Positions 1-12,939 of a DNA stretch of 64,000 nucleotides are shown piece by piece. The notes beneath the pieces are model-generated. The model was given only the letters and a program-made list of their open reading frames with translations, ran no database searches and was not told the DNA's origin. Position 1 is the first letter of the stretch, and the number at the start of each line of letters is the position of its first letter. The stretch is from positions 22,444,001 through 22,508,000 of the forward strand of contig JAQFVV010000003.1 in assembly GCA_028023455.1 (NCBI GenBank). The letters are read 5' to 3'. The translations under genes and the position numbers were made by a program. Source of the stretch: Epiperipatus broadwayi. Taxonomy: Eukaryota > Animalia > Onychophora.

Positions 1-1399
1 TGAAAGGTCCTATATAATGGACCTAATATCCGCAAAAAAGCCATTGTATATGTTATTATTTTCTTTTCTGAATCAGTAAATAATTAAAATTTTGGAATAA
101 GTTATTACGAAGTTATTAAATCTAAACATTGTTTTCTTTTTCTAATAAATGAAGTCATAAAATGAATACATTTAAGCATAATATTGAAGGATATATATTA
201 TCAAAATGCGAGACATTGCTGCAGGTAAATGTATTTTTTGGATCTTGTTCTTTGACTGAGAATATATTCTCTAAAACAGTTATGCAGGCTGACTGTATTC
301 ATCTTTATATAATATGAAATTTTATTTTATTTATTATTTAGAATTAAGATATTTAATAGACAAAGTGTTAATCACAACAGATATGCAATAATCATTTATA
401 GACCTTAACTTGGAATTCAGAAATATATGTTAAAAAAAATCTTAATCCAGTAATAAAAAGTCAATATCACTGGCTACATGTAACTATTAATTTATTTTTG
501 GGGTGAATGGATGATAGCTTTTCTGCAGCCCATCTTGCAAGTAATATGCATTAGTAAATATAACTAATATTGCCACATGGAAAACAGACTTTATGTTGAT
601 GAATTTGGGTTAAAGATAGAAAATTGTGAAAACACACAAATCAAAATTATTGTTGTGAAGTCGGGTAGTATTCTAGGAAATGGCTGTGCCATAAATACAA
701 AGGCTAAAGTCCTAGGCTCTTAAAATAAAAATCAACTGCATAATGTAGATAAATATGGAAAATCTCAAGAGCCAGGTATATTTTTTAGAGAATAATCTCT
801 TAAAATAGCTATTATAATAAACTTACTTATGCTTAGCCTTGAGGATATGTAAAATAAAAAATAGAGATATTCTACAAATTAATTATACAGCAATTGATTT
901 CAGGAGACATTACTTTCCTAATAATTTGCATCTTCTTAAAATTCCTGCTTCATAATGGAGCCTAATAAAATGCATTATAAATATATTATCTTTGATTCAA
1001 ATAATAATGCAATCACCATTTAGATAAATAATTTCTACATATGCAATATTTAAAAACTTCCCATTACAAACTGGCTCTATGATTTTCTTCCCTTCCAGAT
1101 CTTTCTACATCCTTTGTATTTACAGATTTAAATTTTTATTGTAATCTTTAAGCATATTCAATTGAGAACCAAGTACATTACCAGTTTTTACAATGTAAAG
1201 ATTTAAACAACATGCATGTCAATCAATGAGAAAATTCCAAATAGGCAGATGTCAAACAAAGACTATTTCCTATGTTTTGTTTAGACCAAAGATGGTTCAC
1301 CAATATTTGCTAATCTATTAATAATGGATCCTTTCTTTCACAGCTAACTTAAACCAACTCTAATCTCTTTTAGAATTTCCATTTCCACAGCTAAGAGTG

Positions 1400-1900
1400 C
1401 ACTAAAATGAAATTTAAAAAAGCTAACTAGAGACAATATATAGGCAATCTTGAACAAAATAGTATTAGAATCCCATCCATCCTCTCTTGTTATAATAGAT
1501 TTATAAACTCACAATGCCAATTATGAAAGCTAAACTAAATTATATCAAAAACAATTTATGCCAAGTTGGAATGAAGCTGCCAATACTCTTTATAGGCAAC
1601 ATTTGACTATAAAGAATCAGAAATTGCTAACAAACTTATAAATTTTTTGGTTGTTTCTGAAAAAAAAAAGATCAAGAAAAATTAAAGGCTTAGGATATCT
1701 AGTTGTAAAGTCTGACCACTTTCATATAAGTGGTTATAAAAGCAACTTTAAAAGAACCACAGTTGTTACTTGTAATGAAAATGTCAATCTTATACACCAG
1801 ACTTTTAAACTCAAGATTGACAAAAAAGAGGTGAGATTAAAATAGAACTGCAAGATGTCTTTCCAATATTTTCCTAATAAATGATGATGATCTTGACCTT
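1400..1900 (+). mobile_element. Decayed non-LTR retrotransposon AP-endonuclease (APE) remnant
   Basis: Broken frames give LVIIDL*THNANY (resembles the GDFNxH motif), WNEAANTL and VVKSDHFHI (SDH motif; ORF 1651-1845). Heavily degenerate. Confidence 0.3.
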
Positions 1901-1980
1901 GTTTCTTAAACCCCCCAAAAATCCCAAAGAGCAGATAGCATGCCTCCAGAGTTTCTAAAAAATTTAAAACCAAAATATAG

Positions 1981-2069
1981 TTCTCATGTGTCATAGCATC
2001 AGCCGGGACACGAACTCGTTAACCTGGGGCAACTAGCTATCGCTGACTTCTCAACCACCGATGCTTGAC
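1981..2069 (-). mobile_element. tRNA-Gly-like short SINE, copy 1, with 14-bp TSD
   Basis: Minus strand reads GCATCGG-TGGTTGAGAAGTCAGC...GAGTTCGTGTCCCG-GCTGATGC-TATGACACATGAGAA (A-box, B-box, acceptor-like ends). It is flanked by the exact direct repeat AAACCAAAATATAG at 1967-1980 and 2070-2083 and is homologous to 62414-62506. Confidence 0.75.
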
Positions 2070-2114
2070 AAACCAAAATATAGTTAATACTAGTCAACAA
2101 CTTTATTAATATAG

Positions 2115-3765
2115 AAACTATTCCAAAAATTAGATAAGAAAGCAAAATTATAGCAATCTTAAAACCAAATAAACCTATCAGTGAGCAAAAAAAATCTATT
2201 ATTAGATAATATTATTATGACTTCCCTACAAGTTTTTTTATAAACATCATATTAACACAAATTATGACAATAGTTGAATACTTATCTGTAAAATAGGTAG
2301 ATTTAAATTAGAAAAAAAAAAAAAACTGCTGTGAATAAGTTTTATTATTAACAACTCTCAAGAAAAGGGCTTTCAAATTAAAGTAGCTACTAGTGCAGTC
2401 TATATTGATCTAATTTTAACTTATGGATTTCGTTTGGGAAAATGGTCTTCTAAAAGTCTCTAAAATCATTAAATGCAGGAAAAACATTAATTTATTTGTC
2501 AAAATGCTAGCTATTAAAAAAGTATTATTCAATAAGTAATTGATAATCATAATTGATACAAAATTTATGGAATGGTCTCTTATATAGTTCATTTCTTTCC
2601 CCTACTTTATTTAATACATTCATTATTGATTCTCTAAAAACAAATACAATAAATTTGGCTATATTGATATTAATGCTCTGACTTTCCAAAAAGATCTTTT
2701 TTTGAGAAATAGAAAAGTTAGGGATATGAAAAGTTTTTTTTTTTTTTAAAAAAAAAAAGATTGGAATCTTCATTCCTAATACAATATAAATGCTCAATTT
2801 TTAAAGTAAAAAACAGAAATATTTCATAATCTGAGAATATTCTTCTGTAACAATAGACTGAAAAAAATTCAACCCCATGTCATTGCATAGCAACTGTGGC
2901 CACTAACTAGTTTTACTTATATTCCCAATCTTGAGAAATAAACTATTCCAAAAATTAGATAAGAAAGCAAAATTATAGCAATCTTAAAACCAAATAAACC
3001 TATCAGTGAGCAAAAAAAATCTATTATTAGATAATATTATTATGACTTCCCTACAAGTTTTTTTATAAACATCATATTAACACAAATTATGACAATAGTT
3101 GAATACTTATCTGTAAAATAGGTAGATTTAAATTAGAAAAAAAAAAACTGCTGTGAATAAGTTTTATTATTAACAACTCTCAAGAAAAGGGCTTTCAAAT
3201 TAAAGTAGCTACTAGTGCAGTCTATATTGATCTAATTTTAACTTATGGATTTCGTTTGGGAAAATGGTCTTCTAAAAGTCTCTAAAATCATTAAATGCAG
3301 GAAAAACATTAATTTATTTGTCAAAATGCTAGCTATTAAAAAAGTATTATTCAATAAGTAATTGATAATCATAATTGATACAAAATTTATGGAATGGTCT
3401 CTTATATAGTTCATTTCTTTCCCCTACTTTATTTAATACATTCATTATTGATTCTCTAAAAACAAATACAATAAATTTGGCTATATTGATATTAATGCTC
3501 TGACTTTCCAAAAGAGATCTTTTTTTGAGAAATAGAAAAGTTAGGGATATGAAAAGTTTTTTTTTTTTTTAAAAAAAAAAAAAGATTGGAATCTTCATTC
3601 CTAATACAATATAAATGCTCAATTTTTAAAGTAAAAAACAGAAATATTTCATAATCTGAGAATATTCTTCTGTAACAATAGACTGAAAAAAATTCAACCC
3701 CATGTCATTGCATAGCAACTGTGGCCACTAACTAGTTTTACTTATATTCCCAATCTTGAGAAATA
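2115..3765. repeat. Near-identical tandem duplication, 2 x ~825 bp
   Basis: 2115-2939 is repeated at 2940-3765. Visible differences are almost all homopolymer length changes. Confidence 0.92.
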
Positions 3766-5199
3766 ATCTCATTGGAAAGCTGGTTGACACTATTTAATTT
3801 TGAGAAAGATATTCTAGTAATGTGAAGATTACATATCTGTTTGAAAAAAGAAATGATTAAATTAAACTTCTGGACACAATATTACCAAAAAAAAAAATAT
3901 TAGTGACATATTCAAACCTACTTTCTTGAAATGATTTCCCATCTCATATATATTTCAAACAAATTTATTTTTCCACATATAACAAACAATAAAGTCAACC
4001 AGATTTCATTTTCCTAGATATTTCTGGAGTCTCATCAAGAGATTTGGAACCAGTCATGATCATTATGCTATGTGCTTCATAATGGAATTTAAAAGCTTGT
4101 GACATCCATGGATTTGGATAAACATAAACTATGAACCACATAATTAATGATTGTCAAATATATAGATATGATAGCATAATTGAAAGATTTAATAAAGTCA
4201 TTAATGAATCTATTTCTCTGGTGGAATCTCTAAAGATTTCTTTATGATGTTTGTTATAAGTTAATGGGTTTTGTTTTTTTTTTTGTCTTTTTGGAGAAAA
4301 AAAAATCATTTCCACAAATTATTGTAGCATTAATTTTATTATTGATGATTGTTTTATATTAGGAATTACAAAAATAATATGTGTGTATATTAGAAAATAT
4401 CATTTCTTAAGTTTATAAAGAGCAGTTTCAAAAAAAAAAATCATATAGATGCAAAAGCAGATAAAATAAAAAATAAATCACTACAAAATATATAAAGACT
4501 CATTAAAGTTTATGATAACAAGCAATGCCAAATTATCATTGACAATGATCAAATTTTATAGCTTGACTAACGTTAGTTTTCTCAATTCGCCATCGGGAGC
4601 AGACAGCTTAATATATATACATTTTCTGAAAATTATTATTTTATTGTATTTCTTAATAAAAAATAAAAAAATTTAAATTAAATATTTTATTTATTGATTA
4701 TTAAAAAAATATTTACTTTGCAAATGCTTAGTAGAATTTTTAAAATTGATTCTAATGTTTACTTTTATATCAGTTATAATAAAGATGACATTCATATTTT
4801 CCTTATTTTTCTCTTTTTCTGATAGTAAAATAATAAAAAGTAGTTTTTAATTTATCATATAACTAAAATAATAAAAAGTAAAGGACTGCCTTCAAAAATA
4901 GATTTGAATAAATAAACTTTGAAGAAAAAAAATAGACATGACATTGATCAAAAGGTGTACATACCATATAAATAGTTCCAAAGATAAACTAAGCAATTAC
5001 AAAAAACAATAGCAAGTAGCTCTTTTTTATTTCTGCTCTTAATAAAACTGCAAACATAATTAAGATTAAAAAGTTGTTTAATTTGAAATATAACCTTACT
5101 AAAACAATTGTGAAAGTATTCCTTTTCAATCACTTATTTTTTATAGGTTGGCACACCTCAATTAAAACAATAATGTACTAAATGTTTTAACAGCAAAAA

Positions 5200-5560
5200 A
5201 AAAAACTAATTTATCTGGACTGTCTGTATATGTATGTTCATGAAAAAGATACAGGCCACACTATTGATTTTGATGAAGCTAAGGTTGTCTTCTTTGAGAG
5301 AAATGAAATCAAAAGAAGAATTAAAGAGTCTTTATTATTGAAAATTTATTATTCTGAAGCAATTAACTTATTTAAGAGTTCTTTTAATATTAAGGGTGGA
5401 TGGGAAGTGAATGGATTTGTGGGTAGTTTTTAATAGTATATATAATGTGGGTTTTTTTTTGTAGTTCTTTACACTTGAGAAGTCTGCTTGTAGCAGTGAA
5501 ACCTTAGGTTGTGTTTTAATATTATTTTTATGCTGGTCTGGTTTAATTTTAGGTTTGGGG
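5200..5560 (+). mobile_element. Penelope-like element 3' fragment (GIY-YIG C-terminal region plus terminal repeat)
   Basis: ORF 5230-5433 HEKDTGHTIDFDEAKVV...KRRIKESLLL is typical of the PLE endonuclease C-terminus and is followed by a hammerhead-like motif. Confidence 0.7.
5471..5514 (+). ncRNA. Degenerate type I hammerhead ribozyme, U3-A8 core variant
   Basis: ACAC-UUGAGAA-GUCUGC(UUGUA)GCAGU-GAAA-CC(UUA)GG-UU^GUGU. Helix I ACAC/GUGU and helix III are intact; the base of helix II is damaged. Confidence 0.6.
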
Positions 5561-5594
5561 TAGTTTTGATTGTATAGGTATTTATAAATATCTA

Positions 5595-6190
5595 AATAAA
5601 GTTTATTATATGTATAAAATATGAGCAGAGAGTGCTTTGTATTGTTTTCCGGACACTCTAAAAAACTTTGTTGTTAAAAGAAATTTAATATTAATTATGT
5701 AAATTAGAATACCTAATAAAAAACGAACTCAGAGAATGTTAATAATTAGCAATACTCAAATTAAAAGCAATTGCCTAACTAGCTAGTTGTGGAGAGCTGT
5801 CAACCTAATAATGATAATGCATTTCTTGAAAGAAAAAATGATAGTCATAAACTTAAAGCAGTATATGTAATTGTGTTAATAGTGAATAAGGAAAAGTTGA
5901 GGATACTCATGTATAGATTTAAAATATAAAACTTAAAGCAGCTCTCAATTAATGAATGGTATATATATTGCCATGGATGGAAATAAAGTATTTCCCCACA
6001 CAAATAGTCTAATGTCCAAAGTCGAGGAATAATTTTTGTTGTTATATTATTATATTTTGTTATTTAATTTATTTGTCAACAGTTTTCAGGATAGAGAAAT
6101 AAATTTGCTGAGATAAATGAGTTTTTTTACATGATTTAATTTATTATTTTCACCACATGGCTAGGTTATAAAACACCATGTATATATGGC
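5595..6190 (+). repeat. LTR-like direct repeat, 5' copy
   Basis: Colinear with ~8510-9115 (shared blocks such as GAGCTGTCAA, AGGATACTCATGTATA, TTAAAGCA, CCAAAGT.GAGG, TTGCTGA), but clearly diverged. Confidence 0.6.
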
Positions 6191-8509
6191 AGTTGATACA
6201 GTCAACAACTTATAAAGTATCTGTACAAACAATAGCAGAGATGATGCAATTAAAAGGTTAACAAGAACGTATGCAAATATAATGATGGCAGTTGATTCAA
6301 AATCTTCGATAGTTTGATGTTAACAATCCAACATCATTGAATATATATGTCGAGCACATTGACCATTTATGTATAAAATAAATAAAATAGAGAAGGATAA
6401 AGTTAAAGTTTTCAACCTATTGTTCTTTGATGGTAATGATGTTTTGCAGATAGCAAAACAAATGTGTGACCCTAAGATCCCAGAGGACATACTGTATAAT
6501 GAATTAGTGAAAATTCTTAGTGTATATTTTTAGCCAGCAATGATGAAACAAATGGGTCATTTATATTCAGGATGAGGAAACAATTATCTCATGATCGTTA
6601 TCAAGATTATAACCTAGTATTGAGGACATTGGCTAAACATTGAGGATGTCTGACTTTTAGACCAATTGCTATAAAGGATATCAGACCACATTCTTCAAAA
6701 GACTTTATTAAATAAGGAGGATTCAGTGTATAAGATGCTGATTGCAAAATGCATAGCACACATGAAATAGTGACAGAAAAGCTTTGGAATTTCAAACAGG
6801 ACAAATGAACTGAAAAATTTGCCATGCATAATTAGAGCTAAATTGGGTTGAAGCACATGCAAAACTCTCAAGGAATGAACTACCATGCTATTCTTGTGGT
6901 GCTAGAGAGCACACAAAAATTTATGCGAATTTAAAATGAAAAAAAATGCTGGGACATTTAGCTCAAAGTTTGCAAGAACAAGGGTAATAATGTAAAAGCT
7001 AAACCATACCTGGACTTTAAATCAGGTGAGGTGAAATTTGTAAAAACTAATGTTTTACCATATTTATCTGCAAGAGATAGAGCCCAGTAGAAGTTTCTAG
7101 AAGTAAACTTATTAGACATGTTTAATTTAGAAAATTTTTATAGTTCAAAAATAGCAGAATGGACTAATAGAGCCCATGGTTACACCGAGTTAAAGAATTG
7201 GATCCATTTTTGATGGCCAAAGAGTCGACCAAGCTATGTTGTCAAGCTAATCTGACATGCCTGACAGAGTTTATCTGTCTGCAATGCATGTATCCTGATG
7301 ACAAACTGAATGCTGATATCAACTGAAGATTTTAAGCAGGTGCTCAAACTGTTACAACATGAACTTCTAGGAGTGACACGGATGAAGGCATTAGCACATT
7401 TATATGTGTGGTGGCCTAATTTAAAGTGAAATAGGACAGATGGTAAAAATCTGTAGTGATTATCAATCTATAGCTGACTTACCAAAGAAAACTTGTAAAT
7501 TCCTGATTAGAAGCTAAAAATCCATGGAAACACATTCATATAGATTTTGCTGTACCTATGAATAATTATTTATTTTAAATTATAGTAGATTCATAGACTA
7601 CTAAGTATACTGTTAAAACTCTCCAGGTCGTGTTTGCTACCCATGGCTTTCCTGAAATTCTTGTATCTGATAATGAAATCAGATTTATTTCTGCTGATTT
7701 CAAAAAGTATTTAGAAAATAAAGGGATACATCATATTCTAACTCTAGTTTGTCACCAAACCTCAAATGGAATTGCTAAAAAGGCAGTTCAAAGTTTAAAA
7801 TATTTTTCAAGAAATTAAAAATTAAAGATATGAAGGATGTGCTAGTAGAAGTTATGTTCTATCAACTTTTACTCTCAGAGCCTCTAACAGTAAAACACTT
7901 GTATAGTTATTATTTAGATGAAAATATCATACTCATTCATCTAAACTATTATCATTTAAAAAAGGGAATAGAAAAAAGGAATTTTGACAAAGAAACTTAT
8001 AATGCAAACATTGTAAAATTTCAGGTTGACAAAGCAGTATGGGTTAGAGATCTAATAAAAAAAAAGAGATGGATCCTGGGTAACATAGTGGAACTCTAAT
8101 CTGAGGTTACAAAGAGTGATTAAAGTCAAAAGTGGATTACATGTCAGGAGACATATAAATCATCTACATGAGCATTTCCCTGATATGCCAATTGTGTTGA
8201 ACAGTAAACCTGCAGCTGCCGATTCTAAACTGAATGTTATAATATATGAAGAGTACGATGATACCTTCTTAATTGTGCAAAATGAGGAACCATACACGCA
8301 GCAGGATATTGAAGGTAATGTCAGAGTAGAGGACGATATAACAAATCAAAGGAATAATAATCAATCATCAAGATATGAAGAACCAGCACATTTTAATACA
8401 GATCAAGAAGAGAAAAGAAATATATATCTACTCCCATACACTAGAGGAAAGGCTTAAAGACTATTCTCTATAATGCACTGTTTGTACATATATATATATA
8501 ATAATGAAA

Positions 8510-9115
8510 ATGAAGTTTATTACTCAATTTATGTAATATGTACAGACAGTATTTTATTATATTCTCCCTGGATGGTAAAACATTCTAGAAAACTTTATTA
8601 AAAAAAATTAAATACTAATTATGCAAATTAGTGTAGCTAATAAAAAATGAACCTAAGAGAGAATAGCAAAGAAGCAAACAGTATGTAATTGAAGGTGATC
8701 GTACAATTAATTGGTGAGCTGTCAAATTGTTAATGGTAATGTATTTCTCGAAAAGAAGAAATGACAGTACTAAAGGTAAAGCAGGATATGTAATTGTATT
8801 AATGGACAAAAACTAAAAATTAAGGATACTCATGTATATACTTTAAAGGATAAGAGTTAAAGCAACTCTGAATTAATGAAGTGTATATACAGTATATATA
8901 TTCACAGCTTGTGGAAATGGTATATTTTCTGCATTCAACTTATTCTGATGTTTGTCCCAAAGTTGAGGGATTATTATTACATTATCTAATTATTTATTCA
9001 TTTTATTAACAGGTTCCAACATAGAGAATCAAACTTGCTGAAACAAATAAATTTTTTGTCTGATTTAATTTGACATTGACATGGCCGGGATTATAATCCA
9101 CCCATGTTCATATCA
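8510..9115 (+). repeat. LTR-like direct repeat, 3' copy
   Basis: Homologous to ~5595-6190 and lies shortly after a purine tract (AGAGGAAAGG, ~8443-8452). Confidence 0.6.
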
Positions 9116-10150
9116 CCATCATATCCCTCGTAGATATAAATCAGTCTAAATATTTTTAACTAAGGTATTTATCCTTAACTGGAATCAAAAAAATAAATAA
9201 CTGTACAGATCTTAGAATATTTGAAAACAAATAGACGTATTAATATATATATTCTTAACAAGAAAGAGCTTTTAGTGCAGTGATAATGCATTTTCCAGGC
9301 CTAGGCCACATTAAACTTGGATTTTTTTTCCAGATTGTAATTAGATTTAGAATTTTTCTTCTAGATAGCCATACAATATTGGATAATCAATAGATATCCA
9401 GCTATTTTTATTTAGGGAATAAATTAAGGAAATAAATCACTTTAACCCTCTATCACTACTCATCTGTATGATAAACTATTGAAAAAATCTTTGCCATGGA
9501 ATAGATTATTTAAAAGTTGTTTTAGTATTTATTTATTTTTGTCAATAAAATTGTTTACTTCACCAGAAAAATATAAATATTATAACAAACAACATCAGAA
9601 TATGTGATAAACATACTTCTTCTTAAACTGAAGTTTCTATGTATAAGCCATATTTCCAGAGACCTATTAATCAAATTGAACATTCTCCCCTTCTGAAACT
9701 ATTATGAACTACAGCGAACCATTTGCTTCTTGTTTAACTATTCCAATTTACAATTAAAATTATTCACCCAGTACCAATATATTTCTTTTTCTTCTATTCC
9801 ATTTTTAAAAAAAACTATTTCATTAGTACCAATATTTTATCTTCAAATTTTCTACCTTTAATATAAAAAGCTATACAAAAAAAAAATCTCTCTCATTATT
9901 GCTATATTCACTTTTATATTTATTATACTTTAAAAAATTTTCTGATCTTCTTTAAATATTCTATTCCCCAGAAAATAAACAAATGTTCAAATTTTTTTCT
10001 CCAATCATCACTTAAACTTCATCTATAAACATAATTCTTATCTCATTTTTGCCATCTTTATAGTGAAAAAATATATAATTCCATCAAAACATCATATAAT
10101 CACAATTCATGTGCTTACATAAACTGTTAATAACAATAACAAATTATCCC

Positions 10151-10322
10151 TACAGTAATGCCACCAACTGCAAGCCTTCTTAATCGATGGATGCAGGAAG
10201 GTTTGTACATAAAATCCCTATCTAGTGCCTACACATCCAATATCTCCAGACTAGTTTCTAGCTTCTTTCATCAGTAGGGAGCCTTGAATATTAGAGCACT
10301 GCACCTAGATCTTAGGATCTAA
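10151..10322 (-). mobile_element. Hammerhead-bearing short repeat, family A, single copy
   Basis: Colinear with 32531-32707. Minus strand has CUGAUGA-AAGAAGCUA-GAAA-CUAG-UC^UGGAG at ~10243-10280, with helix II eroded. Confidence 0.75.
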
Positions 10323-10479
10323 TAAAACCCTCTAGCAATCATCTTTTACCTATTTGGTTAACAATAAATCTAGGAGCACAAAATGAAAACACAATAATGT
10401 CATCAATCCAAGCTCATTTGCTACTGTTATCAACAGCCTGGGTAAACATATGAAATGATGATCATGTGATGTTTTGATG

Positions 10480-12110
10480 GTTTTATATTATCCTGCCTAT
10501 AGGATAATGATGGCTGTGATTTTTGAAAAACTAAAGTCACCAAAATGTATAGATGCTGAACCGAGTTCAGATATATATGATTACAAAAAAATGAGCTTGG
10601 ATTCAAGACATTATTGTGTTTTCATATTGGATTACTAGCTTCATAGTTAACATTGATTATGACCTAGCTTTAAGGAAGTTAGCTAAAGGTTGCAAATTTA
10701 ATCCTGAAATAAATAATTCATTATTAAAACAATTTTTTATATGGCATGTCAAATGAGAATTTTAGCAAAGTATTGCCGAGTGGTTCTGACTTAAATTCTA
10801 AACAGGCTATGGACAAATGCATTGTGTAAGAGGCTGTTCTAACAATAAATCTGGGTATGTATTGCCTCAAAAGTTAGAAAAAAAATCATCTACTAATCAC
10901 AAAGAATAAAAAAAAAAATTTCTCTTACTAATTAAAAAGTAAGAAAAATAGCCAAATCCCCAATAGAGAAAGAAAAGAACACATGCGTTATGATTTGTAA
11001 TCCAAACATTTGTGGAATACCTGCTAATATAGAGATAAAATATGTAGAAATTGTGAAACAAAAAGACATTTGGCAGCTGTCTATCATTTCAAAGAGTGCA
11101 GAGCTATAAATAAATAAAAAGACAAACTACAAATCTTAGGGAGAGATAGATCATGACAAAAAATATATAAAAACAGTAAATGATAGTAAAATAGATTACA
11201 TATTATGGAGTGACAAGATTTGTGGTCAACAAGTAACCATGGAAGTGGACAGCCGAGCCAAGTTGTCACTAATATCATAAAAGGAAGGAATAAAAATCAG
11301 TGAAAACACAATCGATATATGTGGAAAAGTGGCAATATCAGTAAAGCTGAAATGTTAATATTAATTACATAGGGACTATACAAAAGTAACAAATTGCCTT
11401 CCAGAATTTCAGCTGTTCCAAAAATTTTCCAGGCGAATGCTTTTTAGAGTTATGGATGGCATAATTCCTTAATTAGATAACACTTGGGTTACTGAAATAA
11501 TGAAAGCAGAATTGGAAAAGAGACTAAATACAGTCTGCTCAAAGCTTAAAAAAATGATGGCTAAATTAAATACTAATAAATATATTTGCTTCACTAAAGA
11601 AATTAAGTTTCTTGGACATATAATAAATTCAAACATCCTATATTCAAACCATGATCAGATAAAGGCATTAAAAAATATTGAGAAGCATAGAAATGTAAAG
11701 GAATTACAGGCATTTTTAGGCCTTTTAAAGTTTTTTGAAGAAGAATCATACTGATTATCAACACTACCAACTTTTAAAAAGTAGGTAACATTGAACATGG
11801 ACCAGTAAACATGACTTGACTTTAAAAAAAGCTAGACTTGTTAACATTAGAAAAATTGTCAGGGCATTACCATAATGATTTAAATGTCTTAATAACAAAT
11901 GATGCATCAAAATACAATATTGGAGTTGTTATGTCTCATCCATGTTATGGAGGTGAATGGCTGTCCATCCACACCTCAAGAGTTTTAACTTCTGCTGAAA
12001 AAAATTACATCCAAATTGATAAGAAGGCATTAGCCATGATTTTTATGATTAAGAAATTCCACCAATATATTAACAGGTATAAATTCAGGAATTTTTGGAT
12101 ATAGGGCAAA
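10480..12110 (+). mobile_element. Second decayed Ty3/gypsy fragment (gag/protease/RT end/RNase H)
   Basis: ORF 11500-11754 RLNTV...KEIKFLGHII...NVKELQAFLGL. ORF 11838-12104 NDASKYNIGVVMSH...SRVLTSAEKNYIQIDKKALAMIFMIKKFHQY. Confidence 0.8.
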
Positions 12111-12939
12111 AATTCCACAACAGGCAATATATTTTTTCTTTTTGCTTTGCAGTGTTCTAGCTAATTCTAATATAATGTTGTTTATTTCCTATATTTTTTT
12201 CATATTAAATACAATAAAAGCATGGGAATTTTTTTCTTCATTTTTTTTCTTTCAAAAATTTGATATAATAAAATATTTCATTTGATAAAATGTTTTCTAA
12301 GCATAATTTAAAAGATTTTGTTTAATAAGCAATAACATGAAAGTTATCAATTTGTTATGAAAGAAATTAATAATGTTCAAAAATGTAGTGTTTGTTTGAA
12401 ATAATGCAACATCTAATGGAGAAATAATGAAAATGAAAAAAACATACTCTTGCCATGATGATTATGCTTCTGAAATGATTGAAGTTATAACCACGTTAAA
12501 AAAATAATTGTTTTTGTAAGGCATTACATTTAAGATAGAAGCTATGAATCAATAAAATGTTTTTGGAAAACATTAAAGTATTGCATTAGAAAGCTAAACT
12601 TTTGTAGGAAGAGTCTAAAACTTAGTAAATATTTTTGTAAATGTGTTAACTCAATTGATTAATAATTTCATTATCATTATTATTGTTTTTAAATTTTATT
12701 TATGCATACAATATATATATAACTTCATATTATTATTATTACAATATATATATAACTTCATATTATTATTATTATTTTTGGGATATTCCATGTAGTAAAA
12801 TAGTGGATGTTTCAGTACAATAACATGTACCATCCTCAGAGCATCCTCTTTCTCAAATCATAGGAATGTGTGTGAGATTTAAAATCATTATTTTTATTTT
12901 TCTCCTCATATTTAAATTGTATAGGTTGAGAAGTTTTAA

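Larger units (their letters stand above)
5595..9115 (+). mobile_element. Decayed Ty3/gypsy LTR retrotransposon (gag + integrase; RT/RNase H not seen)
   Basis: Zinc-knuckle-like CYSCGAREH at ~6885. Integrase motifs HELLGVTRMKALAHLYVWWPNL (~7360), PWKHIHIDFA (~7520) and ATHGFPEILVSDN...SNGIAKKAVQSLK (ORF 7630-7818). Tail VRRHINHL (ORF 8116). Flanked by diverged direct repeats. Confidence 0.85.

Noticed and set aside
4560-4615. Minus-strand GAUGGCGAAU preceded by a short stem, resembling the P4-J4/2 end of an HDV-like ribozyme
   Set aside because: No P1, P3 or P2 partners upstream (it runs into an AT microsatellite), so the double pseudoknot cannot be built.
9280-10130. Possible minus-strand LINE RT remnant
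   Set aside because: It looks like eroded coding sequence, but no motif could be read with confidence.
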